64,000 nt of DNA from Camelus dromedarius (Eukaryota), in assembly GCF_036321535.1 (NCBI RefSeq), contig NC_087436.1, positions 4,278,001 through 4,342,000 of the forward strand. Direction: 5' to 3'. Positions 25,616-37,400 of this stretch are shown piece after piece. The notes beneath the pieces were generated by a model. The model searched no databases. It saw only the letters and a list, made by a program, of their open reading frames with translations, and was not told the origin of the DNA. The number at the start of each line of letters is the position of its first letter. Position 1 is the stretch's first letter. The translations under genes and the position numbers were made by a program.

Positions 25616-26829
25616 AGAGAGTGAGTATTTTTTCTCTTCAGGCAGAAGGAATCTCTCCACAAGCCTCCCAGAGTCCTGCCCTGTGGGCCTCCTGTTACAT
25701 ATGCTCCTCCTTCCAGAAGCCGGCCCCTCCTCCAGGGCCCTGGGTTTGCCTCCCTCTTGCTTTCACAGGGCTTGAGGGCCGCTATCATCCCCACCTGCCT
25801 CTCGGTTGTTAGCCTCTACCTCCGCAGCATCACACCCAGCCACCATCCAGCCCTGTTCTACAGGGGGAAATAAACTCATTGTTGACTCAGTGCCCTCTCC
25901 ATCACCAGCTATTTCTCTTTTCTCCACCTCTTCAAAGATTACCCAGGTTTAACCATCCAGGAGCATCAACTTCGCTTACCAAACACATCCACTAGATATA
26001 TTCCACATGTGTTTCCATTTAAATTCAATTCCCTCCAAACTGGCTTCGAAGAGCTGACAGCTGCAGCTGAACTGTTCTTGAAAAGCTAGCAGAGAGTGGG
26101 GGGGTATGCCAACCAAGGAACAGTTGTTTGCCTTCACCTGCCTGGACTGCTGGGCTGCATCCCCCCAAACAGGTATCCCCCTCCCTGATGCTCCCCCCTC
26201 TTCCTGGTGGGGACCCAGACAGGAAAGGCCACCTTGATTCCAGAGCCGGGGTACTGGGGACTCCTCAGATTCCATCACCCCCTCCCCTAACACTATGAGG
26301 AGCTGAAACCAGTTTTTGAAATTGTCTTTTTTTCTTTTCCCCATCATAACCTGGAAAGAACACTGACCAAGATGAAACCAATGGGTTGTTCTCTCCCTTG
26401 CCTTGAGACCACTGGCACTCTCTATGGAGTGTGTGTCTCTCTAAGTAAACTTGCTTTCTCTTAAACAAAACAAAAAAAAGACGAAATCAATAAAGATCAT
26501 TTACTATAAAACCACTGAAACTTTCCTTAAAAGCTCGAGCTTGTGATAACTTGAAGGTGACAGAATTTAGGATGGTGGTCCCTACTCCCATCATCATCTG
26601 CATCTTTCATGGAGCCTTAGCCTCCTGGCCTCCATCTACCAGCAATGCCGCCCTGTGGTGAGGTCCGCCACCAGCCGACCTCTGGATAAGGGACTCAGGA
26701 CCGGCCGCAGCCTTAAACCGAGCACCCCGAGGCCCGCGCAGATTTTAGCACCCGTCTACCCCGGGCTCTGGCTGAAATAAAAACAAAGCAGCTGGTTGGG
26801 TGCAGGCCTTGAGGAAATGACCCCAGAAC

Positions 26830-27017
26830 TATGGTTTTCAAACTCCGGTGTTTATCAGAATTACCTGGAGGGCGTGTTAAAACACAGATTACTCAGTGCC
26901 ACCCCTAGTTTCCGATTCCATGGGTCAGGGTGGGAGCCCCAGTTTGCAGCTCGAACAAGCTCCCAGGTGGTGCTGATTCTGCTGGTCCGGGGACTACTAT
27001 GCTTGGAAACCCGCTGT
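26830..27017. mobile_element. MER5A-like hAT element
   Basis: TCAGAATTACCTGGAGGG..TTAAAACACAGATT..AACAAGCTCCCAGGTG..GCTGATTCTGCTGGTCC. Confidence 0.8.
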
Positions 27018-27279
27018 CCTGGTTATCTAAGTGGTAGGGCAGGCCTGCAAGAGACTCCGCAGAAGACATCCCCTAAAGATGCTGCTCCGAGGACCCTCGC
27101 CCCAGAGTGCACAGATGTGCTAGATTTTCACCTTTGGGTCTAGCCACCGACTCCTTCCCAAACTCTTCTCGCTCTCCCTGCTCAGGAGCCCGGACCCACA
27201 CCCAGGGGGTTTTTAAGACTTGGTGGCTGTTTTCGAAACTGCCCGAGGCCCTCAGACTAAAGAACTGAAATGAGCCGCA

Positions 27280-28500
27280 AAGATACGGGGAGCGAAATCC
27301 ACCTTCCCGGGCTCCTGGGCAGAGGAAGCATTCCCTGCTGGGGCCCCTGAAACCCCTACCTCGGTTGTCGCCGATCCGAAGCTGGAAAGACATCGCCACG
27401 ATGAGGAGCATTGTAAGATACTGGTAGAAGGGCGGTCCAATAATGAAGATCAGGACTCCGCATCCTGGGACCGCGCTCACCGCGAGTGAGACCCCGAACC
27501 ACCGGTGGAGCGCTGTGATCAGTTCGCCGTCCGGGCCTGCGGAGGGGAGGGGAGGGGTGCTGAGCCTCGGGGCCCAGGGTCAGGAAGGGAAGGGGCCTTC
27601 GGGGTCGGAGTCCGCCCAGACTGGCCCAAGGAGGGTCCAGGATTCTGGGGAACTTCGGGGGCACGACAGAGCCCCACCCGTGAGGAGTGACGTGGGCGGC
27701 ACCAGACCGGATGCGACCTGCGGGCATCCGAGGGCGCGGGCTCCCGGCTCACTCACCGAACAGCACGGGCAGCATCCACAGCTCTGCGTAGAGGATCTCT
27801 GGTTTGTGACTTGCCTGTCCTCTCGAATCTACCTCAGACTTAGGGCGCGAGGAAGCCCCAGGCACCGGAGCAGTGCCGGGAGCAGCATCTGCCGGTGGCG
27901 GGGTGCAGGGAGGGAGGGAGCTGGGGAGGGCGGCCTCCTCCTGCCCGGCCTGCCCCGCCCCTCACGCGCCCCCAGACCTGCATCCCCGGGGCCGGCCGCC
28001 GCGTCCCACCTCAGCCGCCGCTTCCCCAGGGGCCGCCGCGTCCCCCAGGGCCACCGCGTCCCACCGCAGCCGCCGCGTCCCCCAAGGCCGCTGCGTCCCA
28101 CAGCAGCCACCGCGTCCCACCGCAGCCGCCGCGTCCCAGCGCCTCTCTGAACCAGCGATCCCCGAGCAGGGACGCTGTCAGTCACCAACTCTGCGGGCTA
28201 AGGGGCCTGGAACAACCCCCAGGACCGCTAGGCTGGAGTTTGCCAGGGTCTCTGGCCAGCTGCACAGATGGGGCTCCTTGGGTGCCAAGTGGAGGGAATC
28301 CGGGAATGGGAGCAGGGGATGAAGCGGGGCGGCGGAAGAACGGAACCCACGCGGCCTTGGAAGACTCCACCGTCCTCAAAGCCTCCATGTCTCCTAGAAG
28401 GCCCTTCTCCCCAGGCTGAGGTCTCCCCCAGCCCGAGGAACCACACCTGCCCACCACGGGGGAACCTGCAGCCGCTCACGGAGCGGGCGGTGGGACCCTG
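27280..28500. promoter_or_regulatory. CpG island with candidate minus-strand first-exon donor CG|GTGAGT (27757/27756)
   Basis: High CpG density, GC boxes (CCGCCC), ACTCAC at 27751-27756. Confidence 0.7.
27995..28138. repeat. GC-rich minisatellite, ~8 units of 18-19 bp
   Basis: GCCGCCGCGTCCCACCGCA and GCCGCCGCGTCCCCCAGG variants in tandem. Confidence 0.92.
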
Positions 28501-29033
28501 AGCCCAGCTGAGTGCCTGCCCCCACCATTCAACACCTCTTTCCGGAAAACGAATGCTCCAATACCTGAAACAACTTGTTTGGAGAGAGGAAAACTTGCAT
28601 GATGTGATGAAAATGGTCCTTGACCTCTTTGATCTTCCTGCCTAGAACCTATAATCCCACTCCAATCATGGCGAAAACCTTTGCGCCTCAAATCTGTCAA
28701 GGTCATCAAAACCTATAGAAGCCTGGGAAAATGTCACAACCAAGAGGAGCCTAAGGAGGTGGTGATGATGACAGGCAACGTGGGGGTCCTAGAACAGATA
28801 ACGAATACATGGTAAAAATTAAGGAAATGGGAATAAGTAGGCACTGCTTCATAATAATGTGTCACTATTGGTTGTTGATTTTAAAGATTATTACCAGTGT
28901 GTACAATACACTCTATAAAGGATGCAATGATAGGGAAAACTGAAGCTATAATATGGAACTCTCCTATCTGCTCAGTTTTTCTATAAATCTCACACTGCTG
29001 TAAAACGTTAAGATCTAGTAGTAAAATTAAATA

Positions 29034-29250
29034 CAGCCGACCCTTTAACAACACGGGTTTGAAATGCACAGGTCCCCTTGTGCGTAGATTTTTTCAGTAG
29101 TAAGTAAGCTTGGGAGTTGGCTGACTCCATCTGCTGAGTGGCAGGCAGGGAGGAACTTGGTATACAGAGGGGTGACTCTGAGTTATCAGTGGATTTTCCA
29201 CTGTGCGGCGGGTCGGTTCTCCTAATCCTGGTGTGGTCAAGGGTCAAAGG
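29034..29250. mobile_element. MER8/Tigger2-derived MITE
   Basis: CAGCCGACCCTTTAACAACACGGG ... TGTGGTCAAGGGTCAA terminal inverted repeats. Confidence 0.8.
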
Positions 29251-29984
29251 TGATCAGGAAACATTTACAAATGAAATGGGACATCTAGACTTTGCCTCTA
29301 AACAATCTAAGTGTAGGAAATATAATACAAACAAGATTACTGGTTATTTTGAAGCTGAACAATAGATAGACTGGGCTCATTACACTGTTTCTCTACCTCC
29401 TTTTGATCTATTTTTCATAATAGAAAGTTTAATTGAAAGGAATGAGTTAAATCTATATGCCCAGATATGGGAAAGAAAAAAAAGTTTGAGTATGTTACGA
29501 AGATTAGTTAGAAAGGGGAGTATTATTTGCCATCTTATATCTTTCCATACTGTTTATATTTGTATTTGTGTGTTTAAAATACAACATTAATTGGATAACT
29601 TGGTGCACTTCCTACAAAGGAAGAAAGTCTATTTGAATGACAACGACATTTTTAGTTAATCCTCCAATCTCAAGGTATCTTTTTTAATCCCTAAACAGAG
29701 TAATAGGCTTCTGTGTAACAGGCAGGCTATAAATCCGTGAGTTTCCCCCCTTCTGTTTTAGCAGTGTGGTTGGCTTACCTAGCACATGCGGGGAACAGTG
29801 TGGCACGCACACTCACCACATTAAAAAAAAAAAAATCACCTCTTGTTCGAGGAAAAGTTTTGTTTTAAATAAAGTACATCCTTTTTAGGTGCAATGGGAA
29901 AGTAAATCTTCCTCCCTACCAGTCTCCTAAACTGTGATCCATGAAGATGATAATGAAATCTGGGGAAATACTTACTATTATTTA

Positions 29985-30077
29985 AAAAAAAAATTTAACA
30001 CAGGTACCGGGGATTCAACCCAGAACCTCATGCAAGCTAAGCACGTGCTCTACCACAGAGCTGTACCCTCTCCCCTC
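29985..30077 (-). mobile_element. tRNA-Ala-derived SINE
   Basis: GGGGATTCAACCCAG..GCTAAGCACGTGCTCTACCAC. Confidence 0.85.
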
Positions 30078-30387
30078 TGGGGAGATATTTTAATAAATGA
30101 AAAAGTCCAACAAAGAGGGCCATTTACAGAGAATAAAGCTGCCCAGGATGATGAAAGTGCCAGGGAGTTTGGGGTGTTTTTTGTTGTTGGTTGTTGATGT
30201 CATTCTTTTTGCTTTGCTTTTGTCACAAACCGTAAAAGACTACCGTGGTGACTGCTGCCCTTCTGTGGAGCCAGGGTTTTAACTTCCATTAAAAAAATAA
30301 ATAAGTACACTTAATTACCTCCCCCCAAGAATTTTTTTAAAAGCTTTCATTTGCTCTATTCGTGATCCTGTTGACCACTTTGTAATA

Positions 30388-30547
30388 TTTTGTTTTGTTT
30401 TTACTTTTTTTTTTGGTGGGGGAAGGTAATTAGGTTTATTTATTCATTCATTTATTTATTATTTTTTTTATGGTGGTACTGGGGATTGAAGCCAGGACCT
30501 CATGCATGCTAAGCATGTGCTCTACCACTTGAGTTATACCCTCCCCG
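30388..30547 (-). mobile_element. tRNA-Ala-derived SINE
   Basis: GGGGATTGAAGCCAGGACCTCATGCATGCTAAGCATGTGCTCTACCAC with T-rich tail. Confidence 0.92.
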
Positions 30548-30806
30548 TCTCCAATTGGTAATGTTTTTATTAACACATTAAAAAAAAGCATTATCAAAGC
30601 CCTCAAGTGGAGATAAACTGTTCTTATAAATGTAACCCCTGTCTCAGGAATGACAGAGAGAAGCAGTTTCCTCACTCCCTCCACCGGGATCTGTAACCAG
30701 GCTATGTCTGTGGGCTTGGCCATCGACCAGCCTCTCTTCTCAATCTACTGCTACAAAGAAGAGACAGGGCTGGACAATGGTCTCTTAGACAATTCAAGTC
30801 AATAAA

Positions 30807-31290
30807 GGGGCAGGGTACAGCTCGGTGGCAGAGTGCCTGCTTAGCGAGCACGAGGTCCTGGGCTCAGTACCCAGTACTGGCATTAAAAATAAATAAATAA
30901 TCCCACTCCTGGGCATGTATCCAGAGAAAAGTATAATTTGAAAACACACATGCACCCCAGTGTTCGCAGCAGCACTGTTTACAATAGCCAAGACATGCAA
31001 ACAACCTGAAATATCTATTGACAGATGAATGGATAAAGATGTGGTATATGTACACAATGGAATACTACTCAGCCATAAAAAGTAAATAAAATAATGCCCT
31101 TTACAGCAGCATGGGTGGACCTGGAGATCATCATTCTAAGTGAAGCAAATCAGAAAGAAAAAGAAAAATCCCATATGGTATCATTATATGTGGAATCAAA
31201 AAAAAAAAAAAGACACAAATGAACTTACTTAGAAAACAGAAAGACTCACAGACATAGGGAACAAACTTACGGTTACCAAGGGGGAAAGGG
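30807..31290 (+). mobile_element. tRNA-Ala-derived SINE head (30807-30898) abutting an L1 3' fragment (30899-31290)
   Basis: SINE A/B boxes, then AATCCCACTCCTGGGCATGTATCCAGAG of L1. Confidence 0.88.
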
Positions 31291-31597
31291 GCAGCAGTCA
31301 CCATCAGTGCCGGCATGAAGGTTTCTGCAGGGTCGGCAGGTGGGGCAGGTGGAGGGCAGGCTCACGGAGTCTACATCTTGTGTCTTCTGCAACCTGTGAT
31401 CTTCTGATTCTCTGCTTTGTTACCAATTCATAATCATTCATACAGGTGTGTCATATTTTAAAATATAAACATCAGAGTTGGTCATTGTAGAAAACGAGCT
31501 GGTGTAGACAAATCCTGTTTCCAATATCCTGAGACAACTAGTGTTGATGCACACTTCTCCCCAGTGTGCTTAATTTTAAAGTAAGGATTTAAATTAC

Positions 31598-31740
31598 GGG
31601 GGAGGAGGCTATAGCTTAGTGGTAGAGCGCGTGCTAAGCATGCACGAGGCCCTGGGTTCAGATCCCCAGTACTTCTGTTAAGTAAATAAATAAACCAACC
31701 TAATTACCTCCCCCTGGACCCCCCACCCCCAATTTAAATT
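31598..31740 (+). mobile_element. tRNA-Ala-derived SINE
   Basis: TAGCTTAGTGGTAGAGCGCGTGCTAAGCATGCACGAGGCCCTGGGTTCAG. Confidence 0.92.
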
Positions 31741-32362
31741 ATGAAAAATTTCACACATTCAGAACAGTTGTATAACAAAGACTCATGTACCACCCCCTCC
31801 CACTTAAAATGTTAGCATTTTCCACAGTTGCCTCACTACTCTCTTCTTTAAAATAGATACCACTGAAACATCTTTCCTTTCCGTCCCCACAGGGAGTCAT
31901 TGTCCTGAAGTTGGTGTGCGTCTCCCATGTATGTTCTGCTACTTTCTCCAGTGCATTTGCAGAAATATTCTTTGGCAGTTGTTTTAGAATAAATGGCATC
32001 TGATATGCAAACAGTTTTGTTCTTATAATTAGTTATGATGTGTTTGCTTTTTTTTTTTAAATCCTGTAAATGGAGAGTGTCAGTCATTTACATAAAGGGG
32101 ATAATTTTAATGCGCTGAATTCCCTCATTACATCACCTAGGCTCCAACAGTTATCTGAGAGGAGATAATGAATCTAACTTTACTGAATCTTTTTGTTTCT
32201 CCAATTTAATGTTAAAAATCAACATAATAACGCGTGCAAGTTGTAAAAAAAGGTCTTGGGGTTATAAAGTAAGTCTCAGTCTCTTACTAATTTTTTTTTC
32301 AACTGTATGTATTGTGAATATCTTTTAGTTTAAATTGCTTTTCACCTTCTTTAAGGTGTCTT

Positions 32363-32392
32363 GTTTGTTTTGGGGGAGGGAGGTAGTTAGAT

Positions 32393-32443
<51 letters not shown>

Positions 32444-32770
32444 TATCTTTTTTTTGATTTAGAGAGATACATACTGCATGTTTCAGAAGGCTAGAGAAAG
32501 GCCATGAGATGTGGCGGTTGTGCACTCAGGTTAAAGTAAGAGTAGATATAGACTCTGTAGACAGAGTGCGTGTTATCTGGGAAGAAAAGGGAGCGAGAGA
32601 GGGAGCGAGAGAGGCCGCGAGGCATGGTGTTGTCAGTTTTTATGGGCTCAGTAGCTTCACATGCCAACAAGTGGGATTCTTATGTATCTTTTAATGGAGG
32701 TACTGGGGCTTGAACCCAGGTCCTTGTGCATGCTGAGCACGCACTGTGCCACTGAGCTACACCCTCCCCC
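32363..32770 (-). mobile_element. tRNA-Ala-derived SINE with (TTTA)n tail, interrupted by an LTR-like insert (~32450-32680)
   Basis: Duplication AAGGTGTCTT at 32353-32362 and 32771-32780; SINE head at 32690-32770. Confidence 0.85.
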
Positions 32771-33798
32771 AAGGTGTCTTTTGATGAATAAAGTTCTTAA
32801 TCTTAATATAGTCAGATTCATCAGCCTTCATGGTAAGTGCACTCCTTGTCCTGCTTAAGAAATCCTTCCCCGCCTTGAGGTCTAGAGACGTTCACTCTCC
32901 TTTCCACTAAGAATGCTGGCGTTTCTATCTTAATGTTTAAATCCTTGAATCATCTGGGGTTAATTTTTTTAAATTAGGCATAATGTTGGGATATAATTTC
33001 ATCTTTTTATAAATTGATAGTTTTGTGCTTGAGCCATTCTCTTAAGGCTACATCTCCAACTTGCGGCCTCTTCAAATCATCTCCCTGACATTTCTCAGAC
33101 TCCTACATGGAGCGTGAGTTAGCCACAAGGCTGCTTTGTGGCTGCCCAATCCCACACTCGCAGCACCCTGCCCACCCCACCCCGTTCTCTGGAGGACCAT
33201 CTCCACCTTCCCATCCCCTCCCCTCCCCTCCTCCGAATGCTGGTGGGCCCAGCTCTGAATTGACAGGGGTTTCCACTGCTTTGACTCATTTCTTCTGGCA
33301 CCAGAACCCCTTGGCCTTGGGAATGCGTGAGGAGAGGATGCTGTCGACTCTTCCCCTAGAAACAAGTGTTTGGGCTTGAACCCCAGAAGGCAGGAATCCA
33401 GGTTTGGGGGTGCGAGGACCACACAGGGGCCAAATCTAGTCTAAAGGAGGCTCTGTTTCCCCTTGGCATGCTGGGGCCGGACCCCAGGACTTCACTGCAC
33501 CAACAACCACTGCAACTTCTGGGGACTGAGGAGTAATTCCTGCCATTTAACAAAGAGGAAAATGAGATTCTGAAATTCATTATCTTTCAGGGTCATAATG
33601 GAGGCTCTAAAGTGGCCCCACGGTTCAAGGTCCTTGAAGGCCCTAAGTCTGAACTTTCGAATCTACCCTGATTTCAAAGCTCACATCATGTGCACTGCCT
33701 GGCCACTCTGGCCCAAACTGTGTGACCCCGGCTTCCAGCTCTAAAGAAACTTGTTTAGTCATGTAAAAAAAAAAAAAAAAAAAACAACATACGGAGGA

Positions 33799-33900
33799 GA
33801 GGGGCAGGTATAGCTCAGGGGTAGAGCACGTGCTCAGCATGCGCAAGGTCCTGGGTTCAATCCCCAGTAGTTCCGTTAAAAAACAAAACCAAGCAAAACC
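33799..33900 (+). mobile_element. tRNA-Ala-derived SINE
   Basis: TAGCTCAGGGGTAGAGCACGTGCTCAGCATGCGCAAGGTCCTGGGTTCAATCCCCAGT. Confidence 0.92.
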
Positions 33901-34343
33901 ACATTGCTGTAAGTAACGCACTAGAGCCACCCGATGAGGGCGTGCTGTCAGTGACGCATGGCTTCAGCGGGCTTTTACGGCCACTTCACATTCAATCAAA
34001 ACCTGCGGGCTGTTCTTTTGCGACCACCGGTGTATCAGGTGAGATAATGGGCAATGGCTGAAACTAGCAAATGGAAGGTTATAAACTGGATAGTCAAAAC
34101 GTCTGGAAGGTCCAGCCCATAGGTGTGAAAAGTTTATAAGCAAATTTGATGTTTCCTTTTATATGTATCCTTGTGCTTAGCGTTTGATATTGTCTTTAAG
34201 AATTTGTAAATGATTACTCATTAGCTCTGTTATCAATCATAAGTAAACTATTGGAGAATAAAAAACTATGAAAATGACATCTACTATAGCGTCATGAGAC
34301 AAATATAAATATAATTTAAGTAAAAATTTTCTTTTTATTTCAG

Positions 34344-34447
34344 AGACAGATCACCTGGCTTGAAGATGATATTAAACCTAAAAGTACTGCCAAGGAATTT
34401 TGTATACTTCCAAGTGATACGCACCACTCATGAGCATAAGGGTCTTG
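34344..34447 (+). other. Candidate internal exon of an unidentified transcript
   Basis: Acceptor TTTTCTTTTTATTTCAG| and donor TTG|GTAAGT, both near consensus. Confidence 0.55.
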
Positions 34448-37400
34448 GTAAGTCAAATGTTCATCAATTTCTGAGTTCTTCAATATTATAACAAATGGTT
34501 AAGTTGCTCAAGGATTTATCACAGCTACCTATTTTGTAACACGGGTCCTATGTAATAAATTCTAGAGTCAATACACCCATGTGACCCCAAACCACTATTT
34601 GTTTTCTCTGGCTGTGCAGGGATATTACAGTCAACTATGTGACTGCTAAAGATCAGCGCAGGCTGAGCGCTCCTTTACATGGCATCCACACCCAGGTCCG
34701 CACTCACAGCTGGAGAGCAGCAGCCGGCAGGGGCCCGCATCCCTGGGGAACGTGTGCAGCGGCAGGGGCGCTCTGCGTTTATGGTGAGCCTGCCAGAGAG
34801 CCAAGCATCACTGTCGTGCTCAGCCAGTGACAACCTAGCAAAGGCCCCAAGCAAAGCTGGAGCGGGCACGCCGCCACAACGTGGTGGGCAGGAGGGTTAG
34901 GGGTCACCACAGGGAGGGGCACCCTCCATGCAGGAGACTATTGGTTGTTTTTGTGTTGTGTTACTTTGTTTTGTTTTTAACTATCTGAAGCAGAGAGAAT
35001 TTCCATTAGTAGAATTCCTAAGTGTGTCAAGAAATAAACCCCAGTAAGAGAGGAAACATATTGAAACAAGGTGTCCTTGTGTCCCTATGTCCTTGTTTAC
35101 AATCTGTTTGATGGAATTAAATCCTCCCTTCATTTTGAAAGCGATGTATTTGCCTAAATAAGTATAATGTCAAGTTAATCCACTTGCAGGGAGGATTTCC
35201 TATTTGGCCATCTCTCCCATTCGATGAGGCAGATGGTGGCTGCTCTAAATGTGCTTATTGCCTCTTTCCAAGTAGGCAACCCTGGGGTCAGAGTTTCTAT
35301 AAAGGACCCCAGGACCGAGCATGTCTCTATTATCATTTGCTGACGCTCACCTTCATTTCAGAGTCTTGTTTATATCCCTTTAAGACTGACGAGGAAACAG
35401 CCATTTTAAACTCCAGTTTTCTAAATGTAACTAACTCAGCAGCAGAGTTCCCTTTCCTGGCCTCTTCTGCTGTTGTTCCCAGCCTGCCAAAACTGTTATT
35501 TCCCTGAAACTTTAAAACTCTCTGACCTCCTGCTTATTTGGTTATTAATCTGTACCTTTGTGCTGTGGATACTTGTTTCCCATATGAGTTACAGATCCTC
35601 CTTACTGCCACAAATCACCTGCAGTTAAAAGTTCATGAGCCTGTACGCGGGGGGAGGGAGGTGTGCTCGGAAGCTGCTGGTGGTGTTCGCTGAGCCAGGA
35701 GGGCACAGGGCCGTTATCCAAGGTGTTGGAAAATCACCTTCCACTGCCACTGAGGCATGCTGAATTTGAAATGCTGCTTTCAAGAGGAGATATCCCACGG
35801 GCAGGTGGCTCCAAGAATCTGGTGCCTAGAAGGGAAGTTCAGGGTTAGAAATAACATGTGGGAATCCTCGGCATGGATATGGCTTTTTAAGGTCCTGGGA
35901 ACAGATGAGCTAAGCCAGCAGGGAAGTGGAAACTGGGTAAAGTGATGGGGAAGCCCTGAGGCAAAAGGAGCAGAATGAGGAGAGGCCGCATCAAGAGCAG
36001 GGCAGGAGGTGCAGGAAGGAGCTATGATGCTGCAAAGTCAGTGAGAGACAGACACCCTTAGAACAGAGAGGACTCGGATGTGGGAGGGCAGGGTCCAGAG
36101 GGCACTGTCCTGACCCCAGTGCCCGATGGGCAGAGAGACTGGCTTAGGCACAGGGTACTCTGTGGTATGTACTTTTACATAGTTGAGTAATTCTCCACAA
36201 ATCCCATGTTTATCCTTTCCACTGAGTTTCCATTTAAAGAAACCTTCTGAGACAGGGAATTCAATTGACCAGACCCAGCCTTTTCCTGACTCATCTGCTC
36301 ACTCATCATCACTTTGTTGCACTATGTCAGGCCTGGCAAGCCACTCAAGACCCAGAACTGTGCCAACAGGAGAGCTCCTGCCTTCGAGGACCTCATGCTC
36401 CAGGCAGGGATGATGGGCCTTGAACTAACAATGAAGGTGAAAACCCGCCATGTCTGATCCGTTGACTGCTACTGACTGGACAAGACAGTAATGCGTGGCT
36501 CTTCCAGTGAAAGCTAAGAGGACCAAGGTACCTGCACTTAAGAGAAAGAGTAAGAGTGGGAGGAAAGCAAAGGGCCGGGCAGAGGCGGTGGTGTGCAAAA
36601 TTAAAGGCATGGCATGGATCTCAGAATTATTTTGACACAAGGTCTGTGAACATGCTCACGTGAGACTGGCCTAGGAGGTAAGAGGCTGGCTAGGTTTTTG
36701 GAGAGTTCTACTGCCACCAGGACCTCAAGTCAGGAAGGAAAGTCTGTGACTATTTGAGACATAGATGTACGTTTCCATTCTTATCGGTAACGGGCAGATA
36801 GTGACCTGGAAAAGATGATGGAACCACAAAGGAGGCTTACTCTCCAGCGCCAACTTTCCCACCGTCAGAAGAGTTAGTGGAAAAGGAAAACTCCTGGACA
36901 AGGGCGTCGAGAGCCAGGGAGAGAGGCCTCTGGGAGCAGAATTAACGCTTAATCAGACGCTCTCCTCTCAGGGAGCACAGCCCACCCAGGCTCTGCCCAC
37001 CGGGACCTCAGAATGGCTGCAAACCAGCGGGCTGATGGTGACTTTCCTGGCCCTTCTCTGTGCTTGTAGCCTTATTGTACATGGGGCAGGGATTAGGCAG
37101 CTTTCCTTTTTAGTTTATTAGAGGATGCTGGATCAGGGAAAGCCATGTTCAAACTTGATACGGAGAGCAGCACACATACAGGTCACCTTGACATTCGGGA
37201 TGGGACTGGTGGACCTTTTGTGTTGCCTCAACTGAAGAAAGGAGGAGTGTGTCTTTCCAGATGAGCAAGAGACAGACAAAGTATTTGGCAGCTAGATCCA
37301 GGTCATGGTGACCATTGGTGCTGTTCACCAAACACTGCAGCATCCCTCCCTGTGGGCACGTGGTTCATTCACACGCCCCCTCCCCAGGTCCCGAGAGGCT

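Noticed and set aside
27443..28419. ORFs of 119-235 aa across the CpG island
   Set aside because: They translate the VNTR and GC-rich sequence in several frames with no protein-like signature
30807..31290. SINE-L1 junction as a single chimeric insertion
   Set aside because: The L1 part lacks its tail and no shared duplication is visible; insertion plus deletion explains it equally well
22139..33900. tRNA-Ala-like sequences as tRNA genes
   Set aside because: They carry A-rich tails, target-site duplications and stem-disrupting changes, so they are SINEs
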